NCBI RefSeq assembly: GCF_964188315.1
Contig: NC_135656.1
Coordinates: forward strand, 122,946,001 to 123,010,000
Direction: 5' to 3'
DNA: 64,000 bases
From: Podarcis muralis
Lineage: Eukaryota
Shown here: positions 23,335 to 35,171 of the stretch, piece after piece
Layout of the letters: each line of letters opens with the position of its first letter
Numbering within the stretch: the first letter of the stretch is position 1
Notes under the pieces: generated by a model
What the model saw: only the letters and a program-made list of their open reading frames with translations
What the model was told of the DNA's origin: nothing
The model's database searches: none
Made by a program: the position numbers and the translations under genes

Positions 23335-23404
<70 letters not shown>
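23333..23404. repeat. (TG)n(AG)n compound microsatellite
   Basis: Direct reading. Confidence 0.9.
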
Positions 23405-23408
<4 letters not shown>

Positions 23409-23615
23409 GGGTGAAAATGAATTGAAGAAGGTTCAGTTAAAACAATGGATTTGAATGGAAAGAAAAATGAATCTGAAAGGAGACAGGTCTGTTGGTTATA
23501 AATATATATTACTTGGAGTAGCTCAAAATTTATTTTGGGTTGCAGCGGCATATAAAAACAGAACATTATTGGGGCTCCTCATCCAGATGTTGGGAGTCCA
23601 ACGAGGCCTTCACAC

Positions 23616-23755
23616 CTACAGTCTCTCAGCCCCACTCACCTCACAGAGTGTTTGTTGTGGGGGAGGAAGGGAAAGGAGAATGTTAGCCGCTTTGAGACTC
23701 CTGAAGGGGAGTGAAAGGCGGGATATCAAATCCAACTCTTCTTCTTCTTCTTCTA
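23616..23755 (+). mobile_element. Squam3-like SINE, 3' half
   Basis: CTCTCAGCCCCACTCACCTCACAGAG...ATCCAACTC(TTC)n; about 90 bp downstream of gene B stop. Confidence 0.75.
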
Positions 23756-23843
23756 CAGTGTAATCATCCTTATCTAGGGGTCCAGTCCATATTCTAGTGC
23801 AGAATTTGTCCATACCTCTAGTACTAAGAATTAAATGCCATGC

Positions 23844-24742
23844 TTAGTTTTTGGTCATCATCTGTTCCTTTGTGTTCAGATCAGGCCTGAGTATGATAAT
23901 GTAGCACTTTGGGATGAAGATGCAGCCCAGAAGCCCAGCACTGGAGGCCAACATAGAGAAGACCTGCACGGCTACCATGTATTTCCCCTTGGTGCTCAGG
24001 TAGGTGGGCACAAAGGACACCCAAACACTGCAGAAGACCAGCATGCTGAAGGTGATCAGCTTGGCTTCATTGAAGGCCCCAGGCAGCTTCCTGGCTAGGA
24101 AAGCCACTGTGAAGCAGATGGCAGCCAGGAAGCCCATGTAGCTGAGGGCAACATAAAACATGGCAGCAGATCCTTCATTGCATTGCAAGATAATCTCTCC
24201 AAGTTGGGAGTGCATGTCGGATTCTGGGAATGGGGGAGAGAGACCCAGCCATAGGGTGCAGATGACAACTTGGAGACTGGAACAGGAAATGACAATAGAG
24301 TTGGCCAAACTTTTCCCCAGCCATTTCCTCATGCTGCTTCCTGGCTTTGAGGCCAGAAAAGCCAACACCACCATGATGGTTTTGGCCAAGACAGAAGAAA
24401 CAGCAACTGAGAAGATGATGCTGAAGGCCATCTGTCGGAAAAGGCAGGTCACTTTCCTTGGCTGGCCGATGAAGATAAAAGAGGACAAAAAGGAAAGCAG
24501 AAGGGAGATGAGGAGGATGTAGGAGAGGTCTCGGTTGTTGGCTTTGACTAAAGGCGTGTCAAGAAATTTAATGAAGATTCCTAACACAATGCCTGTGGTT
24601 AAGGAAAAGAAGAGGGCAAAGGAAATAAGGAATCTTCCCAAAGATTCTTCATAGGAGAGGAAGGTGGTGACTTTGGGGACACATCGAGTTCGGTCCTTGT
24701 TTGGATGCTGATATTCTGGGCATTTGGTGCATTTATTGGCAT
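23844..24742 (-). CDS. Vmn2r: V2R gene B exon 6 (7TM)
   Basis: CAG|AT GCC AAT...; DANKCTKCP...7TM...KEQMMTKN*; 899 nt. Confidence 0.92.
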
Positions 24743-27700
24743 CTGCATAGAGAAAAAGAGACTTTGTGAGATGTGTCAGAGCCTCTTCCAGTTAATGTAG
24801 ACCAGGGAAGAGCAACCTCCAGCCCATGGGTGATACATGGCCCACTTGGACTCTCCATTTGACCTGCAAATCCAATTTTGGGAAGTGACCCTCATGTACA
24901 CTACACCTGACATCAGGGTAGGGCTTGAAAGGAACTATTGGGAGCTCAAAGATTGCTCCCTCATTTTCCATTACTGGGTGGCAGCATGCATTGCTCTAGG
25001 AAGGGAAGCCACTTCTCTGTTTCCACTGCTGTTCTTTCAACACTCAAAAACCAGAGGTACAAACCACAGTGTGTGGCAGTTAGAAAGCCCCTTGTAAACA
25101 CCACTGTGCTGCATTTTTGACACCCAAATATCAGACGTTAGTGGAACAGTGCTGGGCTGCCTCCAAACAATTTTCAACAAAGCCTACACTGTACTCTGAA
25201 ATGCAATTGGGGCTTTAAAGCATGGAAATTACCTGACATTTTTATTGCAACAGGTGATTGACAGGTTGTAAGCAGCACCCAGCTGCTAAATTTGGCCTGG
25301 CCTGCCAAGATTTGGGGAAATTAAGATCTGCCCCACCAGTAAGAAAAAGTTCTAGACACCTGGGTTAGTTAGATCATTGGAATGACTTCGTATAAACGCA
25401 GATTCCAGTGTATTATGGCTAAACCTTAATGTTATGAGTTTGTGGCTGCCAGATACTTAATCCCCAGACCCAGGAAGTATGAAAATCTTAAAAAGCCAGG
25501 CTACTTTCCTCATTAAGTAATCGCCTGGGAGATGAACCATTAGAAGAACAAAAGAAAGGTGATGAGCCATTAGGAAAACCAAGGAAAAGGGGCTCTGTGG
25601 CTGAGGGCAATTGATGTGCCTCCTCCTCCAGCTCCTAGATAGTTTGAAGACAAAGTCAGAGTTTGAAGACGCTTTAGAGTTTGGACCACAATTCCCATCA
25701 TCCCTGACTACTGGTCCCACTAGCTAGGGATGATGGGAGTTGTAAGTTTGGGAAACACTGCCTTAAACTGATAGAGGCCACAGTGAAATAGCTGGGCCCT
25801 CTCATTGGCCCTATGGGACGTGGGTGGCGCTGTGGTCTAAACCACAGAGCATAGGGCTTGCCGATCAGAAGATTGGTGGTTCAAATCCCTGCGATGGGGT
25901 GAGCTCCCGTTGCTCGGCCCCAGCTCCTAACCACCTAGCAGTTCGAAAGCATGTCAAAGTGCAAGTAGATAAATAGGTACCACTCCAGCGGGAAGGTAAA
26001 TGGCATTTCCATGTGCTGCTCTGGCTCACCAGAAGCGGCTTAGTCATGCTGGCCACATGACTCGGAAGCTGTCTGTGGACAACGCTGGCTCCCTCTGCCT
26101 ATAGAGCGAGATGAGCGCGCAACCCCTGAGTCGTTTGTGACTGGACCTAATGGTCAGGGGTACCTTTACCTTTACCTCATTGGCCCTAGGACTGACTGGG
26201 CCCCAGAGCAAGACAATAGCTCCTATAAAATCACTGTCTGGAAGATGCCCCATTTTAAAAGGCCACAGGTTTGGTGAAACCAATACACCCTGACTTATCT
26301 TTTCTACTTTCTCTCAACCCACCTAGATAGCCCAGCAACATCAGATTCAAATATGTGTACTACCTGCAATATTACTGGTAGAAGTTAAAAATTATGGAAT
26401 AAAATGCTGTAGAGTGGATCATTAAATCCAGATTCTACATGATGGAGTGAGTGAGTAAATAAAGGCTTCTTCTCCTGGTGCCAGAAGGGCCATGCAGTTG
26501 GCAACAGAATAGCCCTCCTTGGGAAGGCCATTCCATTCATAGGAAGCAATAACAAAAAGCTACCCCGTGCCCAGCGAAACAGTGGTGGGAGCTGTAAGCT
26601 AAACTCGAATTACAAATGTCTTGTTTGGCCTAGCTCAACTTTTTGCTTCATCCTCCCAGGAAAGGCCCTTTCCTCTGACGTCCTCTCCTACCTCCCTGAG
26701 TGGAGATGGTCCCTTCGGAGCAGGGAGCACAATCGTAGCAACATGGTGGCTTCCCTTCCTGCACCTTCTTGGCATATCCAGGGCGACAGCTCTCTGTGCA
26801 TCTTGAACACGGCACATTGTAAGCATAAGAAGAAGAAGACTCACGGCTCACACATGCTCTCCTCTGGCTCTGTGGTTTGCAACAAGAAGAGAAGAAGAAG
26901 AGGAGTTTGGATTTGATATCCCGCTTTATCACTACCTGAAGGAGTCTCAAAGCAGCTAGCATTTTCGTTTCCCTTCTTCCCCCACAACAAACACTCTGTG
27001 AGGTGAGTGGGGCTGAGAGACTTCAGAGAAGTGTGACTGGCCCAAGGTCACCCAGCAGCTGCATGTGGAGGAGCGGAGACGCAAACCCGGTTCACCAGTT
27101 TATGAGTCTACCGCTCTTAACCACTACACCACACAGGAGAAGGATCATCGAGGAGAAAGTGTTAGGAGCATTTGTGTCTATGGAATCAGGTCACAGCTTT
27201 TGAGAAGAGCACAGTGGGATATTTACCTCTAAAGGTAGGGATTCAACACCTCAGTTTTTGGATTGTGCCTTCAATACAAGCATTTCTGCCCACCAGATGG
27301 AGCAATACCCACTCTCCTGCTCCTGTGAGCTGTTCTATAGGATGCATTGACCCAGGGGTCAGCAAACTTTTTCAGCAGGGGGCTGGTCCACTGTCCCTCA
27401 GACCTTGTGGGGGGCCAGACTATATTTTGAAAAATAATAATGAATGAATTCCTATGCCCCACAAATAACCCAGAGATGCATTTTAAATAAAAGAACACAT
27501 TCTACTCATGTAAAAACACGCTGATTCCTGGACCGTCCGCGGGCCGGATTGAGAAGGTGATTGGGCTGCATCTGGCCCCCAGGCCTTAGTTTGCCTACCC
27601 ATGTGATGCTTCAGGGTAAATTTGGGGAATATGTCACCAGTAGGGTTGCTGCCTTTGTTCTAAAAATACAGACTAGTGTGAGACAGGGCGGTTTGGGGTC

Positions 27701-30700
27701 ATTTTTTTTCTTTTCATCTGGTGCTGAATGACTTTAAAGCAATCCATTACAATCTATTGCAGCCTGAATGAATTAATTTATTTTAGTCACTGACCAGAAA
27801 TAACAAGTCCCAGTTGTAATATTCAACAAACTATGTCTTGGTTAATTAAATGGCACAAATAATTTTGCCTACCTTGTTAAAGCAGAAGGGCCATGCAATT
27901 GCTTCTGGGTTGATGGTGAACTTTAGATCTGAAGACCTTTTCAGATAATAGACGCCATAGGGAATAGCATAATTTCTCCTACCTTCTTCAACAGCTTGGG
28001 CCACACAATTGCTTCTGGGTTAATGGTGAACTTCAGATTTGAGGACTTCTGTCTCTTTATGCTTCCAATTTTCACTCTAGCACGAGAATCATTAGGAAAC
28101 AGCACCCAATTCACAATATCGAAGTCAATGGCCACTGCCCCATTCTCATCCAAGTATTGTCCAGCATCCGAAGTATTTGAAGAGAGCTGCACTTCTTTCA
28201 AGAAAGGATGAAGCTAATATGACATGGAAAACGGCAGCATTTAGTGAGTGTTCTTATGCATTCTTGCAAAATGGCCTGGGATCATGCTCATGTGTTAAAG
28301 GGTGCCTTGTAAATTTGTAGCAATAAATGAAAGGCTATGCTTGACTCTGGATGCAGGAAAGGGTTCAGCGGGGAATGCATCTGCTCTGGATGCAGACGGT
28401 ATTAGCTTCATTTCCCAGTGGCATCTCTGAGTAGTGCTGGGAAAGATTCCCTAGGTAGAACAATGATCTAATTCGGTGTAAGGCAGCTTATTGAATTGCT
28501 ATTGTCAGGGAACTGACATCAGAGCGAGAAGCGGAGGCAGGGCTCCCGAACGAGGCTGGAGAGGGGAGCAGCAGGGGGGAAGGAATTCAGTGTAACACCA
28601 ATAGGGAAGAGAGGGAGATGGAGGAATTGGTGACAGGGCTCCCAGACCCTTCACCCGAATCTAGTGGAGAGAGCGCTGGCACGCCCCTGCCTTCCCCTCA
28701 CTTGCGCAGACGCGTTCCGCGCAGGGAACTTAGGAGGAGACTTGGGGTCAAACAGCTTTTATGCTGGAAGAGGTTTAAGAGACGCCCACTGACGGATTCT
28801 GCAAGTGACTAACAGGTCACGGAGGGAGAGCTCTGACCCCAAGCATGGTTGGGCAAGCAAACTAACTAAACCGAAGGCAATTTACGCACAAGTAACCCCT
28901 CACAACCATTACAGCTATCATGTTAATTCTAGACAATGAATTATAGTTTACAAAAAGAAAATGGTGTACCTGCCATGGCTGTAGCCTTGGAGGTTCAACA
29001 ATGTCTCCTCCACCCACCACCTGCCTCTTCTTGGATCCAGATGTATATGCTGTTTTTAAGGCCTGAGCCACAGCTTGAACACTATAGTAATTGATGTAGC
29101 TATCTTGTGACAGGATTCTTTCAATCTCCTCCTGAGGCGGCATCTCCAGATTCTCCCTCTCCCTGCATCTTTCCCAACCCCTCACGGACAATACATGCTT
29201 TGAATATGAACAATCGAATCCTTTCCACCAAGTAGGAGAATACACTGGCTCATAGTAGTCATGTTTTGTCCTTTTTTTAGTCTTCATTACAAAGGACAAA
29301 GAACCATGGGCATACCAGAAGGCTTCAGTCTCATATGTCAAGATTTTATTTGGAAGCTCTGTTGTTATCCAGACTTTCCCTCCAGTTTGTATCCTTTCAA
29401 GGAAGGATTGTACCTCCATGATTATAAAAAGTCCATCTTGATAGTCTGCATAGTAAACAAAGACATTGACTTGTCTCCACATGGCAGGTGCTTCATGGGG
29501 TATCCACAGCCAGGTTTGTAGTAGTACTTTTTTTGAGAAGGCAACACAAATCTCATTGCTGGTCATCAGAGGGGACAAGGTGCTCAGGAACATTTCTCCA
29601 TTATCGTTGTCTGGAGCAAAGAGGCCGACCCATGTCCATTTGAAATACAGGAGGAGTTGGACCATCCCGTGGTACTGAGTTTCTTCATTGGGGGCCATTC
29701 TATAGACAAAAGGGGAATGGACTTTATCCTTAAGAACAAAGCCATAACTGAGCTGGTAAGGAAAGGTAGACAGACTGGTGTTTTGTTTCTTGGGACAAAG
29801 CTTTGATACTTCTTTGTGAAAGATGATGACAAATTTAATTAAGGTACAGCTCAAATATTATTTAAATAAAAACAATTTCTATACACCTTAACTTCAATAG
29901 TCTCTAAACATCTTAGAAAGATGGAGCAGAAAGAAAAAACAGAATAATTGGGTGCACCCTTACCACCTTGGATCAAATCTATGCTTCCAGGTGCCATAAG
30001 AAAGCTGCAGAGATAGTGCAGGGATAGTGCGCACCCCGGAAATGATCTCTTTCAGCTTCCTGCTCTTGATGGAGTTACACTTCCTCTGAAGGAGCAGGTT
30101 TGTAGCTTGGGGGTACTCCTGAATCCTTTGCTGTTGCTCAAGGCTCAGGTGGCCTCAGTGGCCAGGAGTGCCTTCCATCAGCTTTGACTGGTGGCCCAGC
30201 TATGCCCCCATCTGAACAGGGATAGCCTAGCTATTGTCTATGCTTTGGTAACCCCAAGGTTAAATTACTGCAATGTGTTATACATAGGGCTGCCTCTGAA
30301 GACGGTTTGGAAACTTATTTAGTGTAGAATTCAGCAGCCAGGTTGTTCATACATTTGGAACATTTTTGCCTAATTCAAATGTTGCTATCTATTTACAGGT
30401 TTAGATAACAAATCTGCTGGAATGTCTTTTCCTGCCAAATATAAAACATCCATCAATGCATTCACCCAGCCACCGGCCGGCAGCTGGGTGAACTCCGGTT
30501 CTCGGAACAGCATCAATCAGCAACTCAAGCCTCAGAAACCTTTAGAGACTGAGCACTATTTACGGGCATTTATTCAGCATAGTTCAGGAACAACGGAACA
30601 ACAGAAAAACATGTCTGCTTCCCTTCATGTCCAAGCAAACAGCAATATACAAACAGAAGTTCCCAGCAGACTGTGCTGGAAGTAAACAGACATGTGACAT

Positions 30701-32447
30701 ACAGCAATCCACACATCTGTTCTAAAGGTGGAATGGAACTACCCTAACATGCTTGACATGAACCCAGTTCTTACCTGTGGGATCTTGTAGGTACCCAACA
30801 TGCTTGCAATGTGTGTGGAGATGTCGGATTCGCCCCCTTCAAGAACCGCCAGCAGTTCTCCCCGTCTTCCACAGCTGTAGTTTGGAATGTTGATTTTCCC
30901 ACCAGCAAGGAGGTCTGTCAGGGCATCAGAAGTCGTTCTTCCATCAAAATAGGTATCATAGATGCTGTAGCCCAGGGTAATGTTGGGTAAGAGCCTGGGG
31001 TTATGATTGATCTCCTGAATGGCAAGTGAGAAAGAAAGAAAGTGCCAGTTCCTTCCACCAATCCATCTGTCAAATAAAATGCATCGCATAGTCATCCCTG
31101 GACCAGTGAAAATGAAAGTCACATTTCCCCCATATACATCGAAGCAAATATGAAATGAGACCAGTAAGTTTGGCGAAGTGGGACATAGGTCTACCAGTAC
31201 CCATGTCTGCAGCACTTTTTTTGCAAAGGAGAAGGGTGGAGGGAAAACCAGAAACCAGCCCTTTTTTGTTTACCACCAGGATCAGTGGTTAGCAGCTGCC
31301 ACTGTATCAAATGACCTCTCTAGGCATTGCGTATCTCACAAAAATTGTTTATCAAATAATGGTTTGCATGTTTGTAATGGGCATATGAGAAGAGCAGCCC
31401 TTAATGCAGCCAAGATGAAGTGCCCTGAGATCTTTCGATGAAGGGCAGTTTATAAATTTAATAATAAATAATACTAATAAATAAAAGAAGTCTTAGGGAT
31501 ATGGGGCTCTGCTGAGCACTTGATAAAAAGTTATCTGAGTCATACTCGCTGAACTGCACTTCCTTAAGCATAGTAGTCATTTATATTTTGCAATTGCGTA
31601 TATTTTGTTGTGCCAGGAGGAGAAAGAAATGAGTTGCTCCCCCTTGAAAATGGTTCTCTCCACTTGCTATCTAATTTTCATGTCTAGGAACATGGTCTGA
31701 GCATTCAACCTTCCCCAATGTTCCATGGGAGACAAATAAGGGAATGAATGTTATTTTGGTTACTGCAGAAAAGCTACAACTCAAGTGCACCTCACAGCAT
31801 TTGCTACCTTATAGGAAACAAGTTATGCTTTGTAGGGCCTCACTCAATTTATTACTTAATTAAAAAAGTACACACACACATTGAAACATGTAAAAGACAT
31901 ACAGAAATCTTTCAATCACTCAATGAATGAATGAATGAATGAATGAGGGCATTCTTGTTTAGACCTTCCAAGAAAACACAACCTAGCTTCAGTCATCTTC
32001 ATATCACAGGTTTGCAAGAAAATAGAGTGTTTGTTGCTTTCGTTTAAAACTATACTCCAGATTTTTCAGTTGTATTTGATACCACTGAATGAGATACTGC
32101 CTCAATTATGATGCCCACGAGAAAAAGGGAACAAAGAAAACAAAAACCCCAAAAACAAGGGATAGCAATTTACCAGGAGTACCAGAAAGACTGGGACAGG
32201 GAGTTGGTAGGAAGCAGAATCAATACATCACTACTTACGACTCAAGACTGCTTAAGGGGGTTCTGGAAAAGGTGAAGGGATATTGACCTCCAATGAATCT
32301 TGGAGATATGACTCCACTAATGAGGTGGTCTCCTGGCCTGTAAAAATTCAGTGCGCCGTTTTGATCCCAAATCAGATTCAGTGGGCATTTTGCCCTCTGC
32401 TGAATCCCACAAATTGCAAGAGGCAGCAAGAGAAGGAGTGTTGCCAT
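23844..32447 (-). CDS. Vmn2r: V2R gene B, all six exons open (846 aa) but canonical exon-5 acceptor lost; functional status uncertain
   Basis: Exons 209+292+783+231+127+899 are in frame with no stops; exon 5 is preceded by TAC rather than TAG (see findings). Confidence 0.75.
25815..26175 (+). mobile_element. Sauria SINE
   Basis: TSD CTCATTGGCCCTA; (ACCTTT)n tail. Confidence 0.9.
26692..26818 (-). CDS. Vmn2r: V2R gene B exon 5 (may extend to 26869 via a cryptic acceptor)
   Basis: [42 protein letters not shown]|GTAGGA; upstream triplet is TAC. Confidence 0.8.
26884..27134 (-). mobile_element. Squam3-like SINE at gene B exon-5 acceptor
   Basis: Same body as other copies; (CTT)n tail points toward exon 5 in gene sense. 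Confidence 0.8.
27353..27603. mobile_element. hAT (Charlie-like) MITE
   Basis: Imperfect TIRs CAGGGGTCAGCAAACT / AGTTTGCCTACCCATG. Confidence 0.6.
27873..27935 (-). pseudogene. Partial duplicate of V2R exon 4 3' end with its own donor
   Basis: [21 protein letters not shown]|GTAGGC, about 50 nt downstream of the real exon-4 donor. Confidence 0.8.
27983..28213 (-). CDS. Vmn2r: V2R gene B exon 4
   Basis: TAG|[15 protein letters not shown]...IVWPKLLKK|GTAGGA; 231 nt. Confidence 0.9.
28503..28904 (+). mobile_element. Solo-LTR-like element in gene B intron 3
   Basis: TGTCAGGG...CCCCTCACA termini; degenerate 5-bp flanks GCTAT/ACCAT. Confidence 0.45.
28970..29752 (-). CDS. Vmn2r: V2R gene B exon 3
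   Basis: CAG|[19 protein letters not shown]...RLQPWQ|GTACAC; 783 nt. Confidence 0.92.
30040..30345 (+). mobile_element. L2 ORF2 fragment
   Basis: TCTATGCTTTGGTAACCCCAAGGTTAAATTACTGCAATG (..ALVT.RL.YCN) L2 motif. Confidence 0.65.
30775..31066 (-). CDS. Vmn2r: V2R gene B exon 2
   Basis: CAG|A-WIGG...[21 protein letters not shown]...YKIPQ|GTAAGA; 292 nt. Confidence 0.92.
32239..32447 (-). CDS. Vmn2r: V2R gene B exon 1
   Basis: [14 protein letters not shown]...[11 protein letters not shown]; TC|GTAAGT; 209 nt. Confidence 0.9.
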
Positions 32448-32999
32448 TTCTGGGTCTGCCTGCTACACTTCCCTTGTGATCGTTCTTCCCAACTCCATTA
32501 ATAGTTCATTGGAAGACAACCCAAATACTTGCAAGACAGTTCCCAGCTTCAGGGCTAAAGACAAAGGGCCATAGCTCAGCATCTGTTTCACACCAGAAGG
32601 TGGCAAGTTCAGTCTCTGCTCACTGTTCCAGGTAGGGTTGAGGAGCTGCTGCCTGCCAGTGTTGAACTAGAAGGCAGCTTCCTGTTAAGAGTCACACAGA
32701 CTTCTCTCCCCCAGCTCTTCACCTGCCAGATGCCCTGGTCCCAGCGACTCTGTGTCATGCAACATATTTTATACATCGAACTTTTCTGGCACAATGGAAT
32801 GAATAAACCCCTGGCACCCTTGATTGTGTTGTTTACCATAATGTTCCCAAAGGCAATATTTGAATGACGTGTGAGGGCATCCCTCAGACTCTGGAAAAAA
32901 TAAGAGTAGATCTCTGTGGTTCTGATAATTGTAAGGGTGGGGGAGATTTCTTCTGAGACCTTATGAGAGCAGGTGCCGAGCAGGAGAAAAACATGTTTA

Positions 33000-33512
33000 C
33001 AGTGGTACCTTGGTTCTCAAACTTAATCTGTTCCGGAAGTCTGTTCCCAAACCAAGGTGTGCTTTCCCATAGAGAGTAATGCAAAATGAATTAATCCATC
33101 TCAGACTTTTAAAAACAACCCCTAAAACAGCAATTTAACATGGATTTTACTATCTAACAAGACCATTGATCCATTGGCCTCGGCCCAGTGTACCTGAAGG
33201 AGCGTCTCCACCCCCATCATTCTGCCCGGACGCTGAGGTCCAGCGCTGAGGGGCTTCTGGTGGTTCCCTCACTGCGAGAAGCAAAGCTACAAGGAACCAG
33301 GCAGAGGGCCTTCTCAGTAGTGGCGCCCACCCTGTGGAACCCATCAGATGTCAAAGAGATAAACAACTACCTGACATTTAGAAGACATCCGAAGGCAGCC
33401 CTGTTCAGGGAAGTTTTTAATGTGTGACATTTTGATGTATTTTTAATCTTTGTTGGAAGCTGCCCAGAGTGGCTGGGGAAACCCAGCCAGATGGGCGGGG
33501 TACAAATAATAA

Positions 33513-33560
<48 letters not shown>

Positions 33561-33815
33561 TGAAAGCAATAAACAATGTACTGCAGGCACACAATCAATC
33601 AGTAGCTGAACTGGGTTCCACATAGTAAAAAACAAAAAAACCACAAAAACAGACTGACCTCAGCGTAACACTCAAAATGGAAGTGTAACACTCAAAATGG
33701 AGCATGTTCAGCTTCCAGAAAAAGTTTGCAAACCGGAACACTTACTTCCGGGTTTGCAGTGTTTAGGTTCCAAGTGGTTTGAGAACCAAGAGGTTTGAGA
33801 ACCAAGGTAACACTG
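33000..33815. mobile_element. Tc1/mariner-type MITE with nested L2 fragment
   Basis: TA|CAGTGGTACCTTGGTTCTCAAAC ... GTTTGAGAACCAAGGTAACACTG|TA. Confidence 0.8.
33176..33560 (+). mobile_element. L2 3' fragment nested in MITE
   Basis: YLKERL...[14 protein letters not shown]; (ATT)n tail. Confidence 0.8.
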
Positions 33816-33827
33816 TACTCCCTTCGA

Positions 33828-33968
33828 GGCTGGTGGACTCTCCTTCACTGGAGGTTTCTAAGTGGATGGTCATCTGCCATGGATGCTTTAGTCAAGGGTC
33901 CTGCATTGCAGGGGGTTGGACTAGATGACCCTCGGGGTCCCATCCAACTCCACAATTCTATGATTCTG
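33828..33968 (+). mobile_element. CR1 3' end
   Basis: GGGGTTGGACTAGATGACC...ATTCTATGATTCT. Confidence 0.65.
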
Positions 33969-34817
33969 TTACTCTATTAAGTACTCCTTGCGGCAGCGTA
34001 GGCAATGGAAGATGGCCCAAAGGAAGCTAGTAAGCAATGAGGACCTGATTTCTAGAGAACTCTCACCACATGTAATTCAGAGCTAAAGCTCAGCATTCTG
34101 CCTAACCCATATTCACATAAGGAATTCATGTTTAGCACCAGAACATGAGTTTATATCGCTGTCACACCAAATTCAGCTCCTAGTCACCCTCAATGTCAAT
34201 TCATCAAAGCATCCTAATTTAGGGATAGGGTGGCAGAGGATATTTGTTGTTGTGAAAGATTTTAATTTTACACATACATTCCTTATTATGGTCCAAAGAC
34301 ACACAAAAGTGGTTTTGAAAGCAACATACAGAGAAAACTTCCCAAGGCAGTCACTATGTTTTATCCAGAGCATGTTGGTTTCTAATTCTTAATACATCCA
34401 AGAAAATTTTTGCCATGGCCAGGGTAATATCATTTGTCTTATCTTCTATAATATTCTTGAGATGGAAGGTTTCAGAATTTCCAGGTAAATTTACCAATAA
34501 GGGTTAAATTAATTGACCCCTGGCTTGTTTATACAGATCACAGTGTAGTAAGATATACTTCATACAATTGACAGTCTGAGAACATAAGCAGAGTCTATTC
34601 TGATAAGTTATACCGGTCAGTCTGCTGTTTAGAACTTCACATGGAAATACATTTAATCTGGCTTTGGAAAACAGTTGTTGATAACTGGTTACTGATAATT
34701 TTGTAAGACACAAGGGTAATTGATATTCTTTATTTTCATGATTTTTTTTCCATTTAGTGTCACCACTCTTAACAGGTTTATTTTAATTAAACTGAGATGT
34801 ATGGCTGCAGACAAAAA

Positions 34818-35171
34818 GGGACGTGGGTGGTGCTGTGGGTTGAACCACAGAGCCTAGGACTTGCCGATCAGAAGGTCGGCGGTTCGAATCCCTGTGATGG
34901 GGTGAGCTCCCATTGCTCGGTCACTGCTCCTGCCAACCTAGCAGTTCGAAAGCACGTCAAAGTGCAAGTAGATAAATAGGTACCACTCTGGCGGGAAGGT
35001 AAACGGCATTTCTGTGCGCTGCTCTGGTTCACCAGAAGCGGCTTAGTCATGCTGGCCATATGACCTGGAAGCTGTACGCCGGCTCCCTCGGCCAATAAAG
35101 CGAGATGAGCGCCGCAACCCCAGAGTCAGTCACAACTGGACCTAATGGTCAGGGGTCCTTTTACCTTTACC
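34818..35171 (+). mobile_element. Sauria SINE
   Basis: TSD TATGGCTGCAGACA. Confidence 0.9.

Noticed and set aside
30400-30715. Possible solo LTR in gene B intron 2
   Set aside because: No clear termini or TSD.
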